Positions 34,838 through 43,710 of a stretch of 44,067 nucleotides of DNA are shown here, in pieces. The stretch covers positions 1 through 44,067 of the forward strand of contig VBEU01000162.1 in NCBI GenBank assembly GCA_005883775.1, given 5' to 3'. Within the stretch, counting starts at the first letter, position 1, and each line of letters begins with the position of its first letter. The notes under the pieces were generated by a model that did not search any database, was not told where the DNA came from, and was given only the letters and a program-made list of their open reading frames with translations. The DNA comes from Chloroflexota bacterium. GTDB lineage: Bacteria; Chloroflexota; Limnocylindria; P2-11E. Position numbers and translations under genes: made by a program.

Positions 34838-36091
34838 ATGGCCAGCGAAAAGAGCGCCGACCTTCGTGCGCCCGCCGCGGCGCGACTGCTCGCCAAGCGC
34901 TATCGACTCATCGAGAGGATCGACGAGGGCGGCGCAGGCGAGGTGTGGCGGGCGCGCGACGAGAAGCTGGATCGCGATGTCGCGATAAAGCTCCTCGGGC
35001 CCGACGCGGACGATGCCTTCCGCGCGCGTTTCGCCGATGAGGCGCGCCGCGCGGCGGCGGTCGTCCATCCGAACGTCGTCATGGTGTTCGACGAAGGCCG
35101 CGACGGCGCGGACGCGTTCATGGTCATGGAGCTCGTGCCGGGCAAGACCCTTCGCGAGATCGTCGCCGAGCGCGGACCATTGCCCGCGCACGAGGTGGCT
35201 CGCCTCATCAGGCAGGTCGCCGCGGCCCTTGACGCGGCGCACGCGGCGGGCGTGATCCACTGCGACGTGAAGCCCGCGAACGTCATCGTCGATCGCGAGG
35301 GCGCCGCAAAGCTCACCGACTTCGGGATCGCGCGCGCCGCGCGCGATCGCGACGAGCAGGAGCTGCTGGGCACCGCGCGGTATATCGCGCCGGAGCGCGT
35401 CGAGGGTGGACCGGTCACCGCGCGGACCGACGTGTACGGCCTCGGTCTCGTCGCGTACGAGCTCCTCACCGGAAGACCGGCGTTCGATGGCGCGACGAGC
35501 GAGGAGCTCGTACGAGAGCGGCTGGTCGGGTCCCCACCGTCGCTTCGGCTCGCGCGCGTCGGTATCGACGACAGGCTCGATGCCATCGTCGGACGCGCGC
35601 TCGCGACGCTGCCGGACCGCCGCTACGCGAGCGCGGGCGCGTTCGCGCGCGCGTTCTCGGATGTTGCCGACCGCGACACCGATCCCACCTCGTCGCTCAA
35701 GCCAAGCGGCGCGACGCGGAGCACCCGCGGTTGGATGTTCCCGCGCTTTGACAGCAGCGTTGCGATCCTCGCGGTCCTCGCCATCCTCTTCGCGCTGTTC
35801 CTGTTCTTCTCGTCGTTCCCGCGGGGCACGCAGCCGAGCGGTCCCGCTTCGGCGGCACCGAGCGCTGCTGGAGCACAGACCCCGAACGTCGTCGGCAAGA
35901 GGCTCGGCGATGCGGTCGGCATTTTGCAAGCGGCCGGGTTCGCGCGGGTCGCGTGGGACGTCGGCCAGGGGCCCGGCGCGGCCTGCGCCGTGATCCGGCA
36001 AGACCCCGCGGCCAACACCGCGATCGCTCGCGGCGCGACGGCGACGCTCTTTTACGTGGCGGGGAAGGACTGCACGAAGAAGGGAGACTAG
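34838..36091 (+). CDS. Ser/Thr protein kinase (Hanks type) with a TM segment and a single C-terminal PASTA domain
   Basis: Kinase motifs are GGAGEVW, AIK, HCDVKPANV, DFG and APE. The TM is VAILAVLAILFALFLFF. The PASTA-like domain is TPNVVGKRLGDAVGILQAAGF... Confidence 0.85.
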   Translation: MASEKSADLRAPAAARLLAKRYRLIERIDEGGAGEVWRARDEKLDRDVAIKLLGPDADDAFRARFADEARRAAAVVHPNVVMVFDEGRDGADAFMVMELVPGKTLREIVAERGPLPAHEVARLIRQVAAALDAAHAAGVIHCDVKPANVIVDREGAAKLTDFGIARAARDRDEQELLGTARYIAPERVEGGPVTARTDVYGLGLVAYELLTGRPAFDGATSEELVRERLVGSPPSLRLARVGIDDRLDAIVGRALATLPDRRYASAGAFARAFSDVADRDTDPTSSLKPSGATRSTRGWMFPRFDSSVAILAVLAILFALFLFFSSFPRGTQPSGPASAAPSAAGAQTPNVVGKRLGDAVGILQAAGFARVAWDVGQGPGAACAVIRQDPAANTAIARGATATLFYVAGKDCTKKGD

Positions 36092-36093
36092 GG

Positions 36094-36891
36094 CTGGGAG
36101 CGCAGACGGCGGCACGTACCGACACGGGTCGCGTTCGCGAGAACAACGAAGACCGCTATCTCGTCCGCGAGGGAGGCAAGACGACGCTCCTCGCGGTGGC
36201 CGACGGCGTGGGCGGCGAGGCCGGCGGAGAGATGGCCAGCGCTGCGGCGATCGACGCTCTCGCGGAGAGCTTTTTCGGCGCACAAGCGGGCTCGATGGCA
36301 CCGGCGGAGGCGCTCGCAGCCGCGATCCGTGGCGCGAACGACGCCGTCCTCGGGGCCGCCGGCAAGAGCGGCCAGCCGGGCGCGGCATCGACGTTGGTGG
36401 CGGCGGCGATCGACGGGAGCTCTGCGGTGATCGGAAACCTCGGCGATAGCCGCGCCTATCTGCTACGCGGGGGCGATATCCGCCTCGTCACCTCCGATCA
36501 CGCCGGCGAGTTGCAGAGCTCGATCACGAGATTCGTCGGGGATCCGCGCGGCGTGCAGCCCGACGTGTTCCTCGAGGCACTCCGGCCCGGCGACCGGCTC
36601 CTGCTCTGCTCCGACGGGCTCACGCGACACGTCCCCGACGGGGAGATCGCATCGACCGTGCGACGCGCGGACCTCGATCGCGCGGCGACCGCGCTCATCG
36701 ATCTCGCGAAATCGCGTGGCGGCGAGGACAACATCACCGTGGTGCTCTACGCGGCGCGCCGCGCGTTCGGTCTCGCGGACCTGCGGCACGACCTCGTGAA
36801 CCTCATCCTCGCGCTCCTGGTCGCGGTCGTCGTGATCGGAGCCGTCGCCGCCCTCGTCTTCGCTAACGGCGTGTACCCGATCGCACGGTAG
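36094..36891 (+). CDS. PP2C-family Ser/Thr phosphatase with a C-terminal TM anchor
   Basis: TDTGRVRENNEDRY, LAVADGVGGE and LLCSDGL..GGEDNITVV motifs. The start is ambiguous: CTG 36094 (7 nt after a GGGAG Shine-Dalgarno and 2 nt after the kinase stop) or ATG 35953 (139 nt inside the kinase gene). Confidence 0.8.
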   Translation: MGAQTAARTDTGRVRENNEDRYLVREGGKTTLLAVADGVGGEAGGEMASAAAIDALAESFFGAQAGSMAPAEALAAAIRGANDAVLGAAGKSGQPGAASTLVAAAIDGSSAVIGNLGDSRAYLLRGGDIRLVTSDHAGELQSSITRFVGDPRGVQPDVFLEALRPGDRLLLCSDGLTRHVPDGEIASTVRRADLDRAATALIDLAKSRGGEDNITVVLYAARRAFGLADLRHDLVNLILALLVAVVVIGAVAALVFANGVYPIAR

Positions 36892-39800
36892 CGAGCAGCC
36901 GGGTGAAACCCGGCGAGCTGCTCCACGAAATGAGCGCCGCGACGGTGAGGGCGACCGCGAAGGCCAGAGCGAGACGGCCGAAGAGCGCCGTCGCCGAGAA
37001 CGATGAGCCGATCGTCGGACTGCAAACGAACGTGGGATAGAAGGTGCACTCGTATGCCCAGGTCGGAAGGATGAAGAACATGCCCGCCTGCGCTCCCGGA
37101 AATGGCTGAGCCGAGATGAACGGGTAGAAGTACGCGAACGCCGCCGCAGCGAGCCCGAGGTAACCCACCACCAGACGGGCTCGGCCCGTCTCCCAGAGGT
37201 ATGCGAGCCCCGCAGCAAGCGCCAGCAGATAGAACGGCAGCACCGTGAAGAAGTGGTAGAAGAAGAGCACGCGTCCGATCGGGATCCAGGCGACGTACTG
37301 CACCAGGCCGGCCAGGACCACGAAGGCAAGCGCCACCGAGCGCGCGAGGACCGCGGCGACCACGCACCAGCCGAATGCGACAAGGCCGGCCCAGAAGAGC
37401 ACGACGTTGCCGGCGTCGTAGATGTAGGCGTTGTCGCCGCCGGTCGACGCACCGAAGTACCAGTAGACGGGCTTCAGGACCAACGGCCAGCTCCACCACG
37501 GCGACCCGGCGGGATGCGGCGCGGTCAGGCCCGAGTGGTACCAGTACATCTGCTGCGTCAACTCGACGAGGCTCCAGCCGTACGGGATCGTCGGGCCGCC
37601 GAACCAGCGCACGTAGCTCGCGAGGTAGATCCCGGCGGGGATGGCGGCGAACGCGATGAAAAGCATGACGGCGTTGAGGCCGCGGCGCGCGAAGAGGTCG
37701 AGCGGCCCGCCGGTCCCGGGGCGCCCGCGCTCGTAGGCACGCGCGGTCACTGCGATCGACGCGACGAGCAAGCCGACCAGGGTGTAGGCGCCCGCCCATT
37801 TCGCCGCGAGCGCGAGCCCGAAAAGCACGCCGGCGATGAGCACGTCGAGCGTGGCCCACCGTCGCGGTCGGTGTGCCGCGACCACGAAATACCAGCCCGC
37901 GACGATGAGGGTGGCAACGTAGATGTCGTTCATCCCGATCCGCGCCTGGGCGAACATCGACCCGTCGATGAGCACCGCGAGGCCGACGAGCGCCGGGAGG
38001 ACCGTCGAAGCGAAGAGCCGCCGCGCGAGGAGCACAAGGAGGAACGCCAGGACCGCGGCGAAGAGGACACCGGGGAGCCGCCAGGCGAGCGCGTGACGAC
38101 CGGTCTCGATGAGATCGGCACCCGTGGCGCCGGCGACGACGAGCTTGTCGCCTTCTCCGTCGACCCCAAGAAAAGATCCCGTGACGGGAATCGACGCGTA
38201 GGGGGACGACCCGTGGGTCTCGACCACCACGACGCGGCCTTCGTCGAGCGCGTAAAGGAAATCGGTGCGCGGTACGACGGCGAGCGCGGTGGCGGCGGTC
38301 GAGAACGTGCCGGTGCGCGCGTTCGCGAGTGAGACTGCGTCGTGCGATCCGGTCTCGAGCTCGAACACGTCGAGCATCGGCGCGTCGGCCCGCGCGACGA
38401 AGATACGGTTGGGGCCTTGCGCGTAGGCGATGGCGGTCCCGGGCCGGCCGCCGGTGAGCGCACGCGTTTCTTGCGCCGTGTCCGATGAGATGACGTGCAC
38501 GGTGCCCTGCGGGTCGAGGACGTAGAGCTCGCTCCCGTCCGTCTTCGTCGTGACCGCGACCGTGGGGACGGGGATGACGGTCGGTGTTGCGTCGACGGTC
38601 GCGTAGATCGCGAGCGAGCTCGGACCGCCGACGACGACACGATCGCCCGCGAGCGAAAGCGAGCGCGCGCCGGCGAAGGGCAGCTGGATCTTCTGGAGCT
38701 GGGTGTTGCTCGGCACGTCCGCGAGTGGGATGACGACGAGCGCGTCGCTCGTCATCGCGATGATCCGGTCACCCTGGATCGCGAGCGCCTTGGCGTCGAC
38801 GCCCAGTGCGCGGCTCGCCGCGGCCCCACCGCGCGGTTGCACGACGACCTCAGAACCATCGGCGATCGAGACACGGGTGCCGTCATTTCCGACGACGAAG
38901 GCGCTCGGTTGGCCCTGCGGCTGCCTCGTCTCGTGGCCGACCACGCGATCGTCCCCGAAGGCGAGGATGCCGAGCGCCATGATCTCCTTCGCGAGGTGCG
39001 GGTGGGTCCACTCGTACGGCTCGCGCTCGGCAAGGAGCTCGAAGGCGGTACGCGCGTGGTAGACCTCATCGAAGTACATCTCGCGGGGCCAGTCGAGGCG
39101 GTATCCGCGGGTCGCGAGCACGGCGAGCGCGACGAGCGTTGCGACGGCCACGTCGCGCCGGGTCGGCAGGCGGCCCGGGCTGAGCCCCGCTGGCAGAACC
39201 CACCGTCGTTCACCTGGCGTGGGTACGCCGCGGCCGCCCCAGACATAGTCGCTCTCGAGGCGCGCGTCGCCACGCACGAGACGCCAGACCAGGTACGCGG
39301 CGACGCCCATCATCACGAGCGCGATCCCGATTTGACCGGGACGGCTGAAGATGGTCGCTTCGATGATCTGCGGAACGCGCAGATCCACGTACTGCTCGTA
39401 CCGCGTGAACGCGTAGTAGAGCGACAACGCGAAGGTGAGCGCGAGCACCACGTAGGGCACCAACACGCGCGTGCGCGCGACGGCGAGCGGGAGCGCGAGC
39501 GCGAAGACCGGGAAGAGGTAGCGCTCGTGCGCGCGTGTCGGGAGGAAGTAGAACGCGAGGCCGGCGAGCACGGCACACGCCAGAAGCGTTGCCGTGTCCC
39601 GCCGCCACCAGAGGGGGATCGCCGACGCGATCAGTCCGATCACGAGCAGGACTCCGCCCCAGAACACGAGATCCGTGTCCGATTTCCAGAAGTCGAAGAA
39701 GACCGACCACAGGTTGAACGCGTAGAGCGACGTGTAGGGGTAGGTCTCCGACGCGCTGCGGACCAGCTGAACGAGCTCGGCCACGATGCGCGTGGGGTCG

Positions 39801-40471
39801 AGGCCCCAGAACGGGACCGAGAGCACGTAGGCGGTCCCGGCGGCGGCGCCGAGCGTCGCTCCGAGGGGGCGCCACCGCGCTTCGCGAACGAACTCGAATG
39901 CCGCTGCCGCGACGATCACGAGGAGCCCGATGCCGAACTGGGGCTTCACAAGCGCGGCAAGGGTCCCGAGGGCGCCGGCGAGCCACCATCGCCGCGACCC
40001 GGCGGCGACGATGGAGCCGAAGAGCGGTAGGGTCCCCACCGCATCGACCTGGCCCCAGTACGGTCCCGCGAAGATCGCACCCGGCTGGAGTGACCAGATC
40101 GCAGCGGCGGCGATCGCGGAGGTGCGCCCGGCCGTGCGCCAGAGCACGCGCGCGGCTAGGACAGCGATCCCGATGTCGGCGGGGATGCTGATCGCTTTGA
40201 CCGCAAGCCGAAGGAGCTCGCCGTCGAAGAGCGCACCGAGGAGCCACAACACGTACAGGAAGGCGGGCGGGTAATCGCTGAAATAGCCGGGCTCGTAGAA
40301 GCGACCGGGACCGATCTCCGCGAGCCGCTCGGCCCACGCTTCGAACGTGCCCACGTCGGTCGGGAAACCCTGGGCGCGCACCGCGAGAAGGCGGATCACG
40401 ACACCTAGGGCGATGGCCCCCGCCACAACGAGCTGCGCGCGGCGCTCGCCGCGCCCCTGGTCGTCGTTCAT
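36863..40471 (-). CDS. 1202-aa fusion of two GT-C-fold membrane glycosyltransferase modules (N-terminal Gpi18/ALG-like; C-terminal GT39 PMT-like) with a beta-propeller insert of about 330 aa
   Basis: The N-terminal module has ..FPTDVGTFEAWAERL..FSDYPPAFLYVLW.. and about 10 TMs. The C-terminal module has the PMT loop-1 motifs MYFDEVYHARTA and THPHLAKEI, followed by YVTN-like repeats (LYVLDPQGTVHVIS, FLYALDEGRVVVVET...), more TMs, and a PMT C-terminal-like ..WYHSGLTAPHPAGSPWWSWPL... The ATG overlaps the upstream stop as ATGA. Confidence 0.8.
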   Translation of the reverse strand: MNDDQGRGERRAQLVVAGAIALGVVIRLLAVRAQGFPTDVGTFEAWAERLAEIGPGRFYEPGYFSDYPPAFLYVLWLLGALFDGELLRLAVKAISIPADIGIAVLAARVLWRTAGRTSAIAAAAIWSLQPGAIFAGPYWGQVDAVGTLPLFGSIVAAGSRRWWLAGALGTLAALVKPQFGIGLLVIVAAAAFEFVREARWRPLGATLGAAAGTAYVLSVPFWGLDPTRIVAELVQLVRSASETYPYTSLYAFNLWSVFFDFWKSDTDLVFWGGVLLVIGLIASAIPLWWRRDTATLLACAVLAGLAFYFLPTRAHERYLFPVFALALPLAVARTRVLVPYVVLALTFALSLYYAFTRYEQYVDLRVPQIIEATIFSRPGQIGIALVMMGVAAYLVWRLVRGDARLESDYVWGGRGVPTPGERRWVLPAGLSPGRLPTRRDVAVATLVALAVLATRGYRLDWPREMYFDEVYHARTAFELLAEREPYEWTHPHLAKEIMALGILAFGDDRVVGHETRQPQGQPSAFVVGNDGTRVSIADGSEVVVQPRGGAAASRALGVDAKALAIQGDRIIAMTSDALVVIPLADVPSNTQLQKIQLPFAGARSLSLAGDRVVVGGPSSLAIYATVDATPTVIPVPTVAVTTKTDGSELYVLDPQGTVHVISSDTAQETRALTGGRPGTAIAYAQGPNRIFVARADAPMLDVFELETGSHDAVSLANARTGTFSTAATALAVVPRTDFLYALDEGRVVVVETHGSSPYASIPVTGSFLGVDGEGDKLVVAGATGADLIETGRHALAWRLPGVLFAAVLAFLLVLLARRLFASTVLPALVGLAVLIDGSMFAQARIGMNDIYVATLIVAGWYFVVAAHRPRRWATLDVLIAGVLFGLALAAKWAGAYTLVGLLVASIAVTARAYERGRPGTGGPLDLFARRGLNAVMLFIAFAAIPAGIYLASYVRWFGGPTIPYGWSLVELTQQMYWYHSGLTAPHPAGSPWWSWPLVLKPVYWYFGASTGGDNAYIYDAGNVVLFWAGLVAFGWCVVAAVLARSVALAFVVLAGLVQYVAWIPIGRVLFFYHFFTVLPFYLLALAAGLAYLWETGRARLVVGYLGLAAAAFAYFYPFISAQPFPGAQAGMFFILPTWAYECTFYPTFVCSPTIGSSFSATALFGRLALAFAVALTVAALISWSSSPGFTRLLATVRSGTRR

Positions 40472-41658
40472 TGCCAGTACTCGAAGCGCGTGATCGCGAT
40501 CGTTGCATAGATGTTTACAGCGAGCGAAAGAACGATCGCGAGGATAAAGATGATCGTCGGCCGGCGCCGCCAGATCCCGCGGAACAGGCCGTCGCCGGCG
40601 AGCGCGAGCGCGATGAGGAACGGCTGCGCGTCGATGCTGAAGCGGTACCCGAACTGCTGGAATCCGACGGTGCCGTGGAAGAGATCGGGCAGAAGCGCAA
40701 GGAGCGCCGCCAGCGCGGTCGCGGCAACGACGATGTCACGGCGGATCTCGCGAAGCGCGAGGAAGATCCAAACGAACGCCGGCGTGGTCAGAAACAGACT
40801 CATCCCGATGAAGTGCGGACGGAGAAAGAATGGCGTTCCGGGAACAAAGTCTGGCGGCTCGAGGAAGATCGCTTTGAGGTGCCGTAGCAGGTAGAGCGGC
40901 GAGAAGAGCCCGTGGTTGAAGAAAACGTCGCCCTGGGTGAGCTGCGCGTAGCCGTCATCGAGCGGCGTCCCCCACCGCAAGAGGTTGTAACCGACATAGA
41001 GAAGGGCGAGGGGCACGCCGCCGGCGATGACCCCGCCGAGGGAGCGCCTGTAGCCCGTTCCGGCCCGGCGCGCGCACAGCAGCGCGAGGGCCGGGGCGGC
41101 GAGCGCGACCGGCAGACGGGCGAGCGCGGAGATGCCGACCAACGCGCCCACCGCGACCGCGCTGCCGCCGCGCGCCGCGACGGCGAAGGCCAGGGCTAAG
41201 AAGAGCATCGACGCCGAGTGCGCCGCGAACCAGGCGCGGCCGTCGACACTCGAGAAGAGAAGCGTCGTTCCGAACGCCGAGAGGAGCGCGCCCGCGAGCG
41301 CGTACGTTCGCGGCGTTCCGTACGCGCGCAGCCCGTAGTAGAGGACTCCGGCGGACGCGCCACCGGCGATCCGCGACGCGACGACCTGCGCGACGGCCGT
41401 GGGAAAGAACGGCGCGAGCGGAAGCGAGAGGATCGCGGGGAGCGGCGGATAGACGACGCAGTAACGACCGTCGCCGCAGGGGAGGAGCTCGTTCAGCCAG
41501 GACGGCGCCTCGGTCAGCCACCAGCGGCCGTGGAGGAACGCGTCCGCGAGCCGGCCGTAATAGTCGTAGTCGGTGGCGAGCCCGATGCCGGCGCCCGCAT
41601 AGACAGCCGCCGCGACCACACCGATCCATATCGCGGCTGTTCGGTCCGACACGGTCAT
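40468..41658 (-). CDS. GT-C-fold polytopic membrane glycosyltransferase (ArnT/PMT-like)
   Basis: The 396-aa protein has about 10 TMs. The first extracytoplasmic loop carries acidic/aromatic residues (TDYDYYGRLADAF..) and a ..VVYPPLPAIL.. segment. The family assignment is tentative. Confidence 0.65.
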   Translation of the reverse strand: MTVSDRTAAIWIGVVAAAVYAGAGIGLATDYDYYGRLADAFLHGRWWLTEAPSWLNELLPCGDGRYCVVYPPLPAILSLPLAPFFPTAVAQVVASRIAGGASAGVLYYGLRAYGTPRTYALAGALLSAFGTTLLFSSVDGRAWFAAHSASMLFLALAFAVAARGGSAVAVGALVGISALARLPVALAAPALALLCARRAGTGYRRSLGGVIAGGVPLALLYVGYNLLRWGTPLDDGYAQLTQGDVFFNHGLFSPLYLLRHLKAIFLEPPDFVPGTPFFLRPHFIGMSLFLTTPAFVWIFLALREIRRDIVVAATALAALLALLPDLFHGTVGFQQFGYRFSIDAQPFLIALALAGDGLFRGIWRRRPTIIFILAIVLSLAVNIYATIAITRFEYWQ

Positions 41659-41688
41659 TCGCTATGAACACGCTAACCTTGGCCGTCA

Positions 41689-42411
41689 GTGCCCGCACGG
41701 CTCGACGGCCTCTCCTTCTTCTTCCCCGCACTGAACGAAGAGGACAACGTGGCGCCGATCGTGGAAGAGGCCGTCGCCGTCTTGCCACGTTTCGCCGACG
41801 ACATCGAGATCACCGTCGTCGACGACGGGAGCACCGACCGCACCGGCGGGATCGCCGACGAGCTGGCCACGAAGGATCCACACGTCCGGGTGATCCATCA
41901 CGGCACCCGCCGCGGCTACGGGGGCGCAGTCCGCTCGGGCCTGCGCGCCGCCACCAAGAACTGGATCTTCTTCACCGACGGCGACCGACAGTTCGCGCTC
42001 GAAGACCTGGGGCTGCTCGTCGCGGCGAGCGACGGGGTGGACGCCGTCGTGGGCTTCCGGAAAAAGCGGGCCGACCCGGCGCGACGGCTCTTCGTCGCCT
42101 GGGTCTACAACCGCCTCATCCGGCTCCTCTTCGGCGGTGGCTGGCGCGACGTCGACTGCGCGTTCAAGCTGTTTCGACGAGAGGTGTTCGAGCGGGTGCC
42201 GCTCGAACGGGTTCACTCAGAGGGCGCGTTCTTTTCGCCAGAGCTGCTCATCACCATGCGCCGGGCGGGGGTCCGCGTGCGTCAAGTCGGCGTGCGGCAC
42301 TTCCCGCGCACGGCTCACGAGCCCAAGGGCGCGTCACCGCGGGTGATCGTCCGCGCGATCCGTGACCTCATTCGGCTACGCATCCGGCTCTGGCTCAGTC
42401 CCGCCGGCTAG
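41689..42411 (+). CDS. GT2 polyprenyl-phosphate glycosyltransferase (DPM1/Ppm1/GtrB/ArnC-like)
   Basis: LSFFFPALNEEDNV, VVDDGSTDRT, FFTDGDRQF (DxD region) and DVDCAFKLFRREV are typical of polyprenol-monophosphate sugar synthases. Confidence 0.85.
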   Translation: MPARLDGLSFFFPALNEEDNVAPIVEEAVAVLPRFADDIEITVVDDGSTDRTGGIADELATKDPHVRVIHHGTRRGYGGAVRSGLRAATKNWIFFTDGDRQFALEDLGLLVAASDGVDAVVGFRKKRADPARRLFVAWVYNRLIRLLFGGGWRDVDCAFKLFRREVFERVPLERVHSEGAFFSPELLITMRRAGVRVRQVGVRHFPRTAHEPKGASPRVIVRAIRDLIRLRIRLWLSPAG

Positions 42412-43706
42412 CGGCGCTCGAGACGCCAGATGTCCGCGAGGGTCTCACGTTCGCGGATCACGCGCGCCTGGCCCTCATCGAGAAGGACCACCGCGGGCCG
42501 CGGGGTCTGGTTGTAGTTCGACGACATCGCGACGCTGTACGCACCCGCGGCCGGGATCGCGAGGATGTCCCCCGATCGTGCTGTCGGCAGACGCACCGAG
42601 CGAATGAGCAGGTCACCGGACTCGCAGTACCGGCCGGCGACGGCGACCTCTTCGGCCGCCTTCTCGCCCGCGCGCGCGGCCAGCACGGCGCTGTACTCGG
42701 CACCGTAGAGCGCGGGGCGGATGTTGTCACCCATCCCGCCATCGACGGCGACGAACGTCCGCACGTCCGGCACGCGTTTGGTCCCGACGACGCGATACAG
42801 CGCGACGGCAGCCCGTCCTACGAGCCCGCGGCCGGGCTCGACGTAGATCGTCGCGCCCCGAAGCGCGCGATCCTTCCGCACCGGTTGCGTCACGGCCCGC
42901 GCGTAATCATCGAGCTCGGGTGCCTCCTCGCTGGCGCGAAGACGGACCGCGACGCCCCCTCCCATTCCCAGTTCGGTGATAGGCGCGCCGGTGTCCGCGC
43001 GCACCTCGTTCGCGAAGGCCACGAGAGCGCGCGCGAGCTCACCGTAGGGCCGCGCGTCGCGGACCTGGGCGCCGAGGTGCGCGTGGATGCCGACGAGGGT
43101 GAGGCCCTTCGTGCGCGCGATCTCGCGCGCCTGGGCGAGGGCTTCGCCGGTGCTGATCGGCGCGCCGAACTTGCTATCGATCGTTCCGGTGACGAGGTGC
43201 GGATGCGTGTCCACCTCGATTCCAGGCGCGACGCGCAGCCACACCGCCTGCGGCCGGCGCCGGCCATGCGTCAGCCGCGCGAGCCGCTCGATGTCGTGGG
43301 CGCCATCGACGACGAACCGCCCGACCCGCGCCTCGAGGGCGCCGGCGACCTCGTCGTCCGGTTTCGCGTTGCCGTGCAGCTCCATCCGCGATAGCGGGAA
43401 CCCGGCCCGCCGCGCCGCCTGAAGCTCTCCCAAGGACGCGACGCTTGCGTCGATGCCCTCACGTGCGATGACCCCACCGACCCCGATCAGCGCGCAGGCC
43501 TTGACGGAGTACGCCACTCGGACCGGTCGGTGGCGAAAGAAAGCGTCGACGTACTCCCGCAAGCTCGACCGGATCGTCTCGGCGTCGTAGACGTAGAGCG
43601 GCGTGCCGTAACGGTCGGCGAGCGCCGCAAGATCGTGCGTCCGGATGCGGACGTGTCCGTCGCGGCCGACGACGGTACCGAGGGGCCAGATCGCGGGCTC
43701 GATCAC
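42408..43706 (-). CDS. lysA: Diaminopimelate decarboxylase
   Basis: GTPLYVYD.., ..AYSVKAC.. (PLP lysine), ..HAHLGAQ.., ..GGGVAV.., ..CESGD.. and ..AGAYSVAMSSNYN.. are all present. Confidence 0.9.
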   Translation of the reverse strand: MIEPAIWPLGTVVGRDGHVRIRTHDLAALADRYGTPLYVYDAETIRSSLREYVDAFFRHRPVRVAYSVKACALIGVGGVIAREGIDASVASLGELQAARRAGFPLSRMELHGNAKPDDEVAGALEARVGRFVVDGAHDIERLARLTHGRRRPQAVWLRVAPGIEVDTHPHLVTGTIDSKFGAPISTGEALAQAREIARTKGLTLVGIHAHLGAQVRDARPYGELARALVAFANEVRADTGAPITELGMGGGVAVRLRASEEAPELDDYARAVTQPVRKDRALRGATIYVEPGRGLVGRAAVALYRVVGTKRVPDVRTFVAVDGGMGDNIRPALYGAEYSAVLAARAGEKAAEEVAVAGRYCESGDLLIRSVRLPTARSGDILAIPAAGAYSVAMSSNYNQTPRPAVVLLDEGQARVIRERETLADIWRLERR

Positions 43707-43710
43707 GCCC

